Source: Takakia lepidozioides (taxonomy: Eukaryota > Plantae > Bryophyta). From it: a stretch of 64,000 nt of DNA. Of the stretch, positions 38,201 through 51,400 are shown in pieces (within the stretch, counting starts at the first letter, position 1; each line of letters begins with the position of its first letter). The notes beneath the pieces are model-generated. The model did not search any database and was not told the origin of the DNA. It saw nothing but the letters and a program-made list of their open reading frames with translations. The DNA lies in the NCBI GenBank assembly GCA_030704615.1, contig CM060734.1, positions 40,548,001 through 40,612,000 on the forward strand. Direction: 5' to 3'. The translations under genes were made by a program, and so were the position numbers.

Positions 38201-41200
38201 GAGGAGCTGACCTCGATGACTGGAGGCTCTGCAGGGGGTGCTCTCCTGGCAGGGTTAATGGAGAAGCTATCAATGAGAAGATCCATTCCCGGAGGGGGGC
38301 CTTCTAAGTACACAGACGCCTTCTTCGGGGTTTTGTGCAGAAGCAATTTGCCTTGCAGCTGTACCCATTCGGTGCTACCTGCCTCCACTCTGCGTTAATG
38401 CAAATTTAGTCTTTCAGATAGAAGGGTCATGACATTCCAGAAGAGGTAACTGTTGCCCCTTTTTGGTGAGGAACCCAACATCTAACATTCATACCAGGAG
38501 CAGAGCATGGTAGCCTTGTGGCTGATCTCCTGTTGAACCAAGCAGAAATCCAAGATGCAGAAGTGTACTCATTAGACCTTCCTTGGGGCAATTTACTCTC
38601 CATCCAATTGATAAAGCAAAGAGAGAGGGCAAGTGAGGATGGGAGGGACAGGAGGAGTAACAAATGGGGGCCACAACAATTGAAGCAGGTGACAGAACCT
38701 TCCAAACTGCTCTAGAAAGCTATGCGCAATCTCATCATTTCATGCAAGAAGTTCATCCTGGGGACTTTGGAATTGACTGGAGCCTGATTATTGTGCTTGC
38801 GAAAAGGGTAGCTAATTCAAGAAGACCCCCTGCAATGGATCAGGAAAAGAAATAGTACTTTATAAGATCTGCGGAAAGCTCAAAGAGCTCATCAGACAAA
38901 AGAAACCAAGAAACAGGAAGAGAGAAGGGCCCTCCACAATCAGCCCAACCAACAATTGCTCAAGGGATCGTCTAAGAGGCAACACCTCATGCAGGTCTGC
39001 TGCTTAGCATTTCTGATCCTCGTAATGGAATACCCCGTGAGTGATTGAGTATCATGGAATAGACAATAGAATCTCTCACGGATCTCATAATAGAAAGGAC
39101 AGTGAAAGAAGAAATGTTCGTCATTTTCCATTTCCCTGTTGCTCCCAATGCAAGCGGGGCATAGGTGGTCCTCACGTTGCAGGTTGTCCCACCTACCACT
39201 CTCTATCTGCAGACCGGGAGCCCACCCTAAACTTCCCCAATGCCCTTAGAAGAGAGGGAGATAGAACTGCAGACAGGTAATGGGCTGCAAGATTCTATCT
39301 TCACAGAGGACCAAAATGTCTCACGAACTGCAGTTTTGTTGTAAGATTGGCTAGTTTCCATGTCCACCTGACAAGAAGGTCCATAAGTTCTTGATGCATC
39401 TATTGTGGTCCTGCTTGGACAAAATTTCCACCCCCTCCATATTTGGTGGCAGTAGGGAAGCAATGGACATCCATTGTGCTCAAAAAATTTGGAGACCCAA
39501 GCATACCAGGAGGTTCTCAGACCTGCATTTTTGAGTATGATAGATGTTGCAAGGGCCCCGGCTGTTAACCATTTGGGTAAAAGGGCTTGCAAGGTAGATG
39601 GCCTTGATTCGAAGCAGCACGCATACAAATTCCGCACATAGAATCTGTGATGGCACCTCTAGCCCCAAGAAATCCTTGGAGGAAAGACAATTGCAATGGT
39701 TCCAAATGTTTTTCCCACCAGGAAACTGGGACACCAGGTGCCCAGCACTCACAGCCATAAGTGGTGGGAGGGGTGACAATCCCTTTGGGATGGAAGAAGT
39801 TTTTGTTTTTCTCACTCCGTCAAACAAATACATCTGCACCACCACACCCCCACCTAAAAATGGCTCTTCTTGACATAGTAGAACTACAGAGAAAGGATTA
39901 ACCACAAGTACTTGAGAGACAGAGTGCCTCATGCACAGACAGATATAGATGGATTTGCACTACAAAATAGAGGCTCCATCTTCGCCCAAATTTCTCCAAC
40001 GAAATATCGTATCCAGGTAAAGTTTTTCATTTCCGAAACCTATGTAGCAACACCTCATGCGCTCTAAATCTTCGCGGGAAGCTCAAAGAGCTTATGGGAC
40101 AAGCAAATGAAATGAAATGGTGCTTTATAACGTCCGCGGAAAGCTCATAGAGCTTACGGGACAAAATGTAAGAAAACATGAGAGAGGAAACAAAACCAGA
40201 GCCAAAAATAAAAAGAAGCAACTAAAAAGAAGCAAGGAAGAAAGAAACAAGAAATAGAAATGAAATGAAATGGAACATTATAACGTCCGCAGAAAGCTCA
40301 AAGAGCTTAAGGGACAAAAGGAAAGCAAGAAACAAGAAAGAATAAAAGACAGCGAAGCCAGAGCCTAAAAGCAACTACTGCTCAAGGGATTGTCTAAGGG
40401 TCAAAGCTTCATGCAGAAAAGCTGCCAAGCATTTCTGATCCTCATAATCGAAGACTTCAGTGAGAGATTGGGTGTCACGTAACAGACAGTGGAATCTGCC
40501 ACGGATCCCATAGTAAAGAGGGAAGCAAAAGACGTGCTCTTCAGTTTCGATGCAACGGTTGGGCCCAGCGCAAGCTGGGCATAGGTGGTCTTTGTGTTGC
40601 AAGTCTTCCCATCTTCCAGTCTCTATCCGTAAGTTGCGGAAGCCCACCCTGAATCGCCCCAATGCCCTCAGAAGAGAGGGAGATGAAGGTGCAGATAAGT
40701 AATTGGGCCACAAGATTCCTTCATCATGGAGAACTAGGAATGTCTCTCGGTAGAAATGGAGTTTTGTTGTTAGAGTGGCTTCCATCTTTGCCTGACATGG
40801 AGTTCTATAGGTTCTCTTCTGATGAGTCTGTTGCAACCGTGTTTGGACGTCATCTCCACCCTTCTGTATTTTGTGGCAATAGGGAAGTAAAGAGAGAGGG
40901 GCCACAAACAGCCCAAAAGCAACTAAAGCCCAAGGGATGGTCTAAGAGTCAACGCTTCATGCACGTAAGCTGCCAAGCACTTCTGATCCTCGGACGACCT
41001 CCGTGAGAGATTGATATCCCAGAATGGAAAGTTGAATCTCCCACAGAATCGTAGTGTCGGTCGTCACATTGCAGACTTTCCCACCTACCAGCCTCTGTCC
41101 GCAGACTGTGGGAGCCCACCCTGAGCCCTTAGAAGAGAGGGAGATAGAGCTGTTAGACAGGTAATTAGGCTGCAAGATCCTATTGTCCCGGAGAACCAAG

Positions 41201-44200
41201 AAAGGAAGAAACGAGAGAGAATTCATTTGACAGCACTTTTCTTACCTTCCCAAGGTAATATAACGCTCAATAGAGTCAGCCTCTTGGAGACAGAGTGTGG
41301 CCAGGACATCTGCCTTGGCCCCAGGTCCACAAACACGTACAGCTGCCAATACATCATACATGGTTTCTTCTTCCAGCCGACCAGTGACCGTTTGTTCAAT
41401 CCCTGACCAGTTGGCTGTCCGGTTTGAGGCAACAGCAAAGAACTTTCCAACATAGGGCACGACTGTTGGATTTTCTAGGCGCTCACACACGGAAGCTTTG
41501 CAGCCCTTTGCAGCCCAGTTCTGAAAGCCATTGGCAAACACTGGGTTGCATAGAATGCTGGAATCTGTGGCCTGAGAATTGCCTGCTTGTATCTGTAAGC
41601 ACACAGGCAAGCAGGTAAGATTAATGGTGAACTTGTATGTTCCAAATGGGTTGATTGCAACTACTGTGAGAGCTCAGAACTACACATACAACCCAAATGC
41701 TGACTGACCATACTCCTAGTGACAGTTTGCCAATGTCGAAGAGTTGCAAAATGGCGGTGTACCTGACTCGCACAATCAAACCAGAAGCCAATCTAAGAGG
41801 ATACAAAAGAACTCTTCGACATTGGCAAACTGTCACTAGGAGTATGGTCAGTCAGCATTGGAACTGAGATGGAGGAAGAAACACAAAATGAAGTCACATC
41901 GTTTTTCACCTGTGGACCTACATTTCGGACGCACAGAATTTCCAGTAGGAGCTCGGCATAGAAAAATGACAGAAAGATAGTGCCATTTAAGTGGAAACAC
42001 TTGCCTGTTTATTGACAGTTGATGCTGAAGTAACAGGGACTGGCCTTAGACAAACACTATCAACCAGCAGATCCATGCCACCTGGAGGTCCTTCCAGATA
42101 CAAAACAGCTTTCTCAGGGCGCGAATCTATTAGCACTTTTCCCTGCATTCTTACCCACTCTGTGCTTGATGCACTGGCTCTGCAAGAAAAATCTAGTAAT
42201 GTGAGACACCTTCTATGTCCCCAAACAAAACCCCTCCCCCCACATCTGCAGGCAATTGGAAGTCGCACCCCACCCCCCCCACTTGATTGGGTCCATAACT
42301 TGGTCAATTTCACATAATCCAAGATGTCGGACCAATGGTCCAACATTATATCCCTATTACCATGTCCAGACAACCGCATCCACATTTGCAAACAATCAAG
42401 CATGCCTTTGCATCTGTTAGCTATTTTAGTGAGACTTGGAACCCAGACTTACCACTAGCACGAGGCCAACCCAATCTAAATATCATCTCCTCTCTTCAGC
42501 ACCCCAGGACAAACAACATGGATGCCACCTAATGCACATGCTTCTCATGAAATCCATTGAGGAAACGTCCAAACTGTACCTTCCAACAGTCAAGTACTGT
42601 GTGTTGGATCCTGGTCTCTCCAATCGCACTGATGCCAGAACATCGGCTGCTATTTGAGAAAAACCTGAAATCCGAACAGTAGCTGTCAATGTGTAGGTCA
42701 TGTTTGGCTGAAGCAGGAGAGTAATGTCTTGCTCAATGCCTTGCCATCCTTCTTTCCTTTCAGTCGCTATGGCAAATGATGCTCCACTGTGTGCTTTGAA
42801 CCCATTCCATCCATGTGAACCTGCATGCTGAAGCTTGCAGCAAAGTCCTGACCACCCTTCCAGGCCCCTATCGAAACTTGCATTCACAAGAATATTCCCC
42901 TCACAATCTTCCTTTTCTTCTTTGACAACCCATTCCTGCCAACAATATATTGTTAAGAATTCACCAGAGATAGGAAGAGGCAGCCAAAATGTGGCAAACT
43001 GAGACAGCTTGTGACTAGTTTGTACCATAAAAGAAATGAACTCATAAGACCTTTGCCATGGACAGGGAGTTAGACAGAGTTACCTGCTGCAGCGCTGATG
43101 GTAAAATAGAGAAGCTCTTGACAAGTAGATCAACGCCACCTGGCGGACCTTCTAAATACACTAAGGCTTTGTCTGGCAGAGTGTTCACGTGCAGCTTGCC
43201 CTTCAACAATGTCCACTCTCCCCTTGACACTGTTCCACTGCACTTTACAGAGGAGGACACAAAAGGCCAAAAGAAGCAGACTGTTAACAACTAATGGATA
43301 GCTACCGACTTTTCCATATGACAAAGTCATCCACAAAACATGAAAGTCAGCTTAAACACGTTAGTTTGTACTACAACAAGTAGTTTCCCAAGTCCACATG
43401 TTGTAAGGGTGCAAACTTTCCAGAGCAAGGAAAATTGGCACCAACAGCTTTTACTGATAACATTGCCAAACATTTAAGATATGCAAAATATATACAAGTG
43501 GAGATATACCTGGCAAGAGTGATGTAGTTCACATCTCCTCTAGAGCTCTCAACTTTCATGGTAGCAAGCACATTAGCAGTATCCACTGGACCCCTGATAG
43601 ATGACCAGGCTTCCACAGTGTACTCCACATCTGCCTGCACACTTCCACGTGAAGTGCTCTTATTTGCACAATACAATTGATGTGCTAGGTCTTCGACCAC
43701 AGGTTAGAATATTTTCAAGTTTCTTTATTTCGTTACAGGTTTGTGATGTTTGGTAATAGTTTGGAAATTACTTTTGGTCCCATGGACCGCTCGGGCATCC
43801 AGTGGACGTTTTATACTTTATTCTTCCCTCCCCTCTCTCGTAGGTTTAGCTGCTGCAAGATCTCGTCAACATGCATACTCCAATCCTGCATCCACTACAT
43901 GTTAATTATTTCAAATCATTTTGTGGTGTGGACTAACATTCAGGACTGTGTGAAAAGTGGAACTTGTATCAGCTTATAACTTAGGCATACTCAATCTTAT
44001 AGGAAGACAACAGCAGACTACATACTGATAGTATGATATACTACATACTGCATGGTACTATCATGTTGTACTTGCTCTAGATTTTTAAGAATCACTTCGG
44101 AGTATCAAAATCCTCATGGAATTCTGCCTCACAAGAGTCATTGATAATAGACTGGATAGTGACTGATTTATGCCCTGCTCCTCTGGAGTGGAGGGACTTA

Positions 44201-45243
44201 CATCCAGTCATTGAAGCTTCTTCCTTTCACTGAGGAATTGCCGTGTTTTGGAAGAATCCACAATCGGCCTCTCATTATCAGCTTGGAATACTGCACTGAC
44301 TTTTACTATAACCAAACTTTCCAGGTAATACAAACCCACTCCATGTCACTACCGAAACAGAAAATGTCAAATGTAACGAAGCATTTTCAATACTAGAGAC
44401 TACTCATGTTTGCATGGTCGATAATTGTATTGCACAGTTCGGCATTCAGTGGGCACTGCACAATTCGTTCACAGATTCGTTCACAGTTGATTGGGAGGCT
44501 TCTTGCATTCAATCATGGCTAACCAGGTCGGGCTCACCTGATTGCACAAAGTCATACACTACCCACAACTTCCGAGCTGATCACCCTTAGTACCATCAGC
44601 ATGCCACTGTGCTTATGCATTCAGCCCTGCAATCACGGTCGAGGCTGGCGATTGCGCACTTTCGGCACAAGTTCCGTAGTGAATCGCTCATAAATTAGAA
44701 TCTCCGGTATAAACATATGGAGAAAATTACGGTCTCCCCGTACAAAGGGGTTCGTAATGCAATCTCGTCAGGATGTGAATCACACCAAATCTTGTAATCA
44801 AAGCCAGACCTTCAAGAACCCTACAGCATTGAGCTTGGTGAGTTGTTACCTTCAACCGATCGCTGACGTCCTGTGCGATTCCCTGCCATCCTTGAGTGCG
44901 ATTATGGGCAACACAGTAGAACTGGTGTCCACCGGTGGCCCCGTCACAATGCAGAGGTGCATCGCTGATGGCAAGTGAGCAGCACAGGGGCTGCCAGCCA
45001 TGGGCAGACCCCTGGGTGAACGTCGAATTCACAAGGAGATTCTTCGTGGAAGCCGTAGCCAGATCCAACCCCAGAGCTTCCAAAGATCTTATCACAGAAG
45101 AACCCATACAAAAAGGATATATATTCTCACGCTCAATGAATCACCGCAAAAATGAGCTGACAATTTGCGATGGAAGCCACAAAGTTGAAGTTTGTTTAAC
45201 GTCCAGCGGATTTACAGATCCTAGTGCTCAATGCACAGCCCAT
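32292..45243 (-). CDS. GH10 endo-1,4-beta-xylanase with four CBM22 (CBM_4_9) modules; exons about 45243-45216 (tentative), 45076-44850, 43634-43510, 43237-43084, 42935-42580, 42179-42005, 41592-41246, 38389-38212, 38005-37519, 37130-37066, 36282-36052, 35229-34663, 32612-32292
   Basis: AVFENEIKW, RGHCIFW, YDVNNEMLH (acid/base), GIGIQGH, IWLTEID (nucleophile), IMLWGFW; four repeats with YLEGPP/YAQGP motifs. The start exon is uncertain. Confidence 0.93.
33345..34343 (+). mobile_element. LINE family A copy in the last xylanase intron (antisense to the gene)
   Basis: Highly similar to 58604-59610; stop codon and deletion present; (CATTT)n tail. Confidence 0.92.
35400..35735 (-). mobile_element. 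Possible tRNA-derived SINE
   Basis: B-box-like GGGTTCAAATCC on the minus strand followed by CCCAGCTGTAA...GGGTACC; single copy in the window. Confidence 0.3.
36470..36987 (+). mobile_element. LINE family B copy in xylanase intron
   Basis: Homologous to 25690-26186 and 21530-21987. Confidence 0.85.
38855..41210 (-). mobile_element. Cluster of LINE family A fragments (about 38855-39780, 40070-40110, 40105-40200, 40260-40900, 40930-41210)
   Basis: Repeated RALGRFRVG and HFFFHCP motifs plus four reverse-complemented 3' hairpin/tail motifs. Confidence 0.88.
41696..41859. repeat. Perfect 50-bp inverted repeat with a 64-nt loop
   Basis: 41696-41745 is the exact reverse complement of 41810-41859. 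Confidence 0.97.
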
Positions 45244-45774
45244 CGAGGGCCCAACGGATGTGTCGATGCTCATGTGGGATTGCAGCATCCAGGATGCACA
45301 CACTCTTCCAACTCACACTCAGATCTTTCTCCTGCTAGTGAGTAGCTGTCAGAATTCCCAAATCTGATGGAAGCAGCCACGTGCCGGTCACCTTCTGGCG
45401 CCCCAGGGGCCAGGGCGGGAAAGTGTCTAACACCCGCGCTTCTATAAGTACTCAATCTTTCAACGCAGGCTTGAAATTGAGTTGCGTGTCTCTGTTTTGG
45501 ACTCACACCTGGCTTAGTGTTTTATCTGTCTCAGGTGCATGTTGGGTCTTCAAGCTTATTTGTCTCTTGAATTTTAAAGTTCCAGACGCCTTCTTAGTCC
45601 CTCTCGTTCACAGGGTAGGCTGAAGATTTTGCGGTTCTTTATGTTTAGGCAGTCTGTTTCCCTTTTGTCTCTTTGTAAAAGAAAACCCCGAGATGACGTC
45701 TAATTGTCTCCATCTCTCCTTCCATTCTTGCATCCGCACCTTAGATTGTCTGCATTTTCGAAATATTGGAGACA

Positions 45775-47856
45775 ATGTACGTTGTCAAGGAGATGGAAGG
45801 CAGGAGTCTGTCCATTTTGATGAAATCACGGCCAGTTTGAAGAAGTTGAGCTATGGATCACTGTGATGCCGTACTTGTAGCACAGAAAGTTTGTGTTGGT
45901 GAGGCACCTGGATTGGCGGATTGCTGGGGGGAGGAGTTTGAAACTCCTTACACCAAGTATGAGAGGGTGGTAACTGCACACTGCAACAGTTGGATGAATA
46001 AGGATATAAAGCCATTTTCTTGTAAACGCTTCGCTGTCATGTTTGTGACTTTAACTCTGAATGCATAACGAGCTGGTTTTTCTTGTGAATTGATTGGCTC
46101 ACCTTGACTTCTCCTACAAGGGAAGGCCAAGAAAGCTACGCAAGCTCAAAAACTGTGGAACTTGGGTACGATCAGTTCTCCTAACCTGCGCACAGAGATT
46201 TTGGAACATACCAGTCCGACAAACCTTGCTTCGCGTGCTCTCGTCCGTGAGAAGGTCGGATTTGTAGCTTCCTTCACCTGTTGTCCGTAGCCATAGTGTC
46301 TGTGTCACTGTCTGTCCAGAGTTTTGGTAAGTTGTCCACAAGGGTCCCCATTCAATGTACAGTAGCTCCATGAATGGAATTTCCACAAACCTCCCCTCGC
46401 AAGGTCCTTGAGCCATCATAGTTCTGGAATATTCTCTCACTCCCTAGATGTTGGTCGTTTGCTATTGTGCTGGCAACCAAAGAATGGGCAGTTCACATTG
46501 TTTCGGGACCAATCTGATGATAGGTTGGGGGTGCATGCAGGGTGTGCCTATGGAGTCGCACCCTACCAAATTGGTGGGCAACAAAGGCCCTAAAAATCGC
46601 TTCTTCGACTTTGAGAAGTTTCGACAAGTCTGATGTGAACTGGAAGCATGTCAAGGCTTCTACGAAGATCAAGCTATTCTACAGATAGAGTTTGCTACAC
46701 TCTTTGGCTCTTCTCGATCTCCTGCTTTCTCCTTGTTTCCGACTCTACATTTATCACAATCCAGCTTTCAATAGAGGGCAATGGGATTAGTTCCTTCAGG
46801 GTGTAGATGCTCCGGGTGTTTGGTTCGTCCTCTGGACATGAATCAGGTTCATTGATCTTCCTCACGTTAAGAGGTTTGCACCATCAGCCATCCCCAATTC
46901 ATATAAAATACGGCAGCCTGCCTCCAAGAAACAGGAGGGGAGACCAACACCGAAAGTGGGAAAGTCGTTAAAAGGTATTGAGAGTAAGGATATGCTGGTG
47001 GCAAAATTCCTTATCAAATTGTTGTTCGTGGCTGGCAGATCACAGCGTTGGTTACCTGCAATTTCAACAGGATCATCGATGTGAACTACCACCCAGTTGA
47101 GATGGCTAGATGCACAAATTTCTGTCACCGGCCAATAGGGCTTGGAGTGCGGGGACTGGCAGATACCTTCATCTTGCTTGGCATGCCCTTCGATTCTGAG
47201 AGGTCAGTTTCCTAGTAATAAATTGCAATTGCCACTTCCAGTACATATGATCAACTTCAACCCTGCCAAACATGTGAACTTCCAGTTAAAAAGTAGTGCA
47301 CTTCTGACTTTGATATGCATGTCTGCACAGGCCTCGTACCATGCATGGGCCCCAAAATTGGAAGGAAAAAATTCTACACTGAGTTGAGAATCTTATTCAG
47401 TATACCGTCTTATGCACAGGTGCAGGCCCAGAGATTGAACAGGGACATATTTGAGTTAATGTACTATCATGCTCTTGACACATCAGCCAACTTGGCAATT
47501 GAAGAGTGTGTTTGTGAAACCTATGCAGGCTGCCCCCTTAGCAAGGTAATATTCGTCTGTATATATGTGTTTCGTTTTGTGTGCAAATGATGGAAGGTCA
47601 TCATTCACCTCCTACTTTTGTAGTACAAGCTGGCTAGCTTGCTCGGGATGTGCATGGATGCAAACTGATATATTTATGAACCGGGAATCCTCCTAAAGTC
47701 TACTGATATCATTTACTCAGTCCTCCACAGGAAAATTAGTACTTGACACTGAAGTTACAACTGTATTTATGAACAGGGAATCCTCCAGCCAGATATGTGG
47801 GGGGTCCAGCCCTCTGATCGATGGGACTGGAAAGCCTTGCAGGAGAAGATCTCATT
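45775..47856 (+). pseudogene. RNR1: Ribonucleotide reductase large subunit pseudogene (internally deleted, introns retained)
   Basis: Frameshifted MYVVK.DGRQESVHFDEITA, then [30 protein letters not shown]...[33 protein letters not shown]. Confidence 0.92.
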
Positions 47857-48322
47857 ACCAACAAGTAGGGACACATCTGAGGGACAGTACAAAACTAGCT
47901 TTAATTTACTGAAAAAGATGGTGCCCTCACCACATTGTGCTTGACCTCGTGTCATGGAAGCAGCTAGCTTTTCTTTCACCCAAGGAGGATTCAACCAATC
48001 CTCAATCCAACGGACCTCTTGTGCACTCTGCTTATCTCTGTAGTCTGGTGATCTCTGATTGGTCTGTGAAAACGTGCAGCTGAGCGGCCATGGTTTTAAA
48101 CATGGCCTCCTAAGACCAAGCCCCCCCTCCCAAGTACCAGTGTTGGTATGGTATCTGGGTTTCGCAGGGTATCAACCCGGGTCTCTCCTAACCTAACCTA
48201 CTGTTCTCTGTTCCCCGTAAACATTTGCAGTACCCTACCAGAAGGTTCTCGAGTTCTCTGGCGGCCCCCCAAACCCTAGGGTTCTCCTTTCCCCGCCCCC
48301 TACCAGAGCTCGACTCGTCCCT

Positions 48323-48490
48323 GCAGGTCTGTTCATGTATCATGTTAATATGCACTCGGGTACTTTGTAATGTAGAGTAGAGATTTAGGGCTAGGGGCAT
48401 ATACTAGCAGGTCTGTTCAGGTATCATGTTAATATGCACTCGGGTACTTTGTAATGTAGAGTAGAGATTTAGGGCTAGGGGCATATATTA
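48323..48490. repeat. 84-bp tandem duplication
   Basis: GCAGGTCTGTTCA-GTATCATG...GGGGCATATA-TA x2. Confidence 0.95.
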
Positions 48491-51400
48491 GCTATGTGAT
48501 TATAACAATGACACTTTGATCTTCATTTGTGAGACACTATGGATGCAGCAATTCTGATTCAGTGGATAATTGTATGGGGGTTGGTATCCTATGAAATAAG
48601 CAGGTTCCCTTGTGGTATTCTTGAATATTCAAATGGCCATGTCAATATTGAATTTGAATTTGACCATTTTTATTTTATCATTTTCTTAATACCATATCCG
48701 AGTTCATGTTTCTAGGTTATTGACATTCAGAGACCATTGCTCATATCCGGATTGATATGCATACCAGATTCATACTTGAAAAAATCAGGGGCTGCATTAT
48801 TGAAAAACCTACCTGCCTTGAAAAAATTCAGCACTTCATACGAGGACCCTTCTGGTATTTCCAATTCAAGATACCATACCAACACTCGTAAACACAAGGA
48901 GAAACCCTTGGGCGATGCATCTTTACATGTGCCACCTCTGCTGGCACGGAAAGGGCAAAGGCCATTCCTGCTAACTCCGGAGCTTTGACTTCAAGATCCT
49001 GAAGTTTGGGATGCACCAGTTGCTGTGCTCTATGACATTCCTCCATATCCACCCCAAGTCCGCAATTCTCCATGTCTGCCAGCACTCCTATCTGACCACA
49101 TGTGTCTTGTCACACAGCTCACCTCCCTTTCTCCCTGACCATTTGTTGCATTCAGAAAGGTTCGTCTCAAGCCATTCCATAAACCTGATTAAATAATGGC
49201 TGATATAGCTCCTTGCTGATATAGCTCCTTCTTGTCATTCTCTCTGAGATTCCATGGATGTCATGAATTTTTTTCCTTCCTTTCTTTCACTTTGCTGGTG
49301 TGCTCCCAAGACAATCTTTTCTGTTGCATCACCAAACTCACGTCTACCCTAAAATGACTAGAAGCGAATGGAAGCTTCAGATTTATGTGAGGTATCCCTT
49401 TGCCTAAATTTGCACCTACTTACCTGGAAAGGAACAACGTTTTCTTATGCTGCCATGATTTATGACCTACATCTTAGGGTGGTGTTACTTATAGGGATCT
49501 TTCATTATCTTTAACCTCGTCATGCTTCACTTGAGCACACTGATTGAGAGGCAGGTGATGCGGAAAGCATCATCGAATGTTCAACGAGAGTTGCCCAAAT
49601 TGCAAAGGATGGAGGAAAAAAATTTACACAAGGGCATTTCCAGTTGAAGGAGAGGATCGTCGAGGCCCTCTGTCATTAACAGCTTCCAAAAGGCCGAATG
49701 CAATGCCCACACTTGTGCTGCCCGACGGCAGCAACCATTACCTGCCACACAACCCATCTGGTTGCCCCACCTTCCTGCCCTGCTGGCAGCAGCTGCAACC
49801 TCACCAGGTAATCTCTTCTTTACTTCCTGTCAGATATATTAGCATCAACCTTCATTCATGCTGCAAGTTGCAACCTACATCTCACCTGCTGGAAAGAGGG
49901 AGGAAAGAGAGACACTCGCTTGTGCAGACAATTGCTCAAGGAATGCACAAGATGACATATAATTTTCGTTTGTTAGTGCTTCACTTTCCAGCTACAAACT
50001 TCTTAAGAAGGAAGCATAGCTTCAAACATCAGATATAGTTTGGGTTTAGCTTGAGTGGCTTATATGAGCAAAATCTCCACTCTAACCTTGTGAACCTTCA
50101 AGAAATGGTTTTATCTACTGTACCACCTGCCTCCCAAATAGCTCGTTCAATTTCAGCATATTCAACTTACACATCTAAACCATTTGCTGCACCCAACCAC
50201 AGTAAAGAATGTACTCATGCCATTCCCTGTGTCGGCTTGCTTAGTTCATGACAAATGGCTCACAACGAGTGGGACATAGACATCTACCTTCAGCTCAAGT
50301 CATCGCATGCTATTAGAACAATTGTAAGTTTCTGGAGACACATAAACAAGCATTGCAACAAGGGTAATCAGCTGCTCAAGGGAAGCCAGGCAGCAACACG
50401 CACATCAACCATGGGCTCTTGCAGCTTTACAGCCGGTAATGCCTTGAGCTGGCTCTCTTGTGGCTTCAAGTCAATTGTATTCTGTAGGGGTGGCATATTA
50501 ATTAAGCCCTGTTCTACCAAAAGCATGAACTTGGCTCTTAAGATCCTAGGCAATCTTCTTTACGCCCGTTTTGGTTAAAGCCTGGGTAACCTTGTTCCAT
50601 CGTGTTGTTTATCGTCTCCCAAGCATTGGATTTGTAATTTACTGCCACCATGGGCACTTCCACCCCATCTACTCAATGACATGAGTTGGTTAAAAAAGCT
50701 GATGTAAGTAGTAAACAGGTGAGTGCTTCCAACCAAGCCCATGTCTTTGGAGTCTTCCTGCCCTGGATTTTGGCACTGCTCCTTGTCTTAAATGTACAAC
50801 ATCGGAGCAAGTGACCTTCCATTTTTCGAGCCCTAAATTTTTCCCCTGCTGGCGTGGGTGGGTCCAAAAGGACCCTTATTTTGTTTTTGTTTTTTTTGCA
50901 AAGCCCTTGTCAGGGGTCGCGGGAGCAGGCGGTGGTGTTCAAGCACCCTGCCTGCCCCTTGTGGCCAACATCATTCTTCGTACTGGGAGCGAGGGACCCC
51001 TTGTGAGGCTCTCTCCAACATGCAAGGATGTTGCCAGAGATCTTGCGTTGTATCCGCAAATGATGCCAATACCACTGAAGCATTCGTCAAAGCAACATCC
51101 ATAGATGCCAACATATCGGAAGCTTTTTGCAATATGACATCAAAGGATGCAAGTAAATCCCATGCCCTTGTTAATGCAGCAGCAAGAGCGTCCTTGTGAG
51201 CAGCACTCACAGTCCATTTCAAGAGCACAAGACATAATGAGGTACCAGGGCCTCCCCCCCTCTCTATTTATACTTACTGGATGGAAGAATAGAAATTCCA
51301 TGGCAAGTACTCTACCCAAATTTCATTCATTCACCACGTCCGAGTGTGAACGGATGTGGGTCCGTAGGATGAAGACCTAAAATCCTAGGATTACGGGGCT

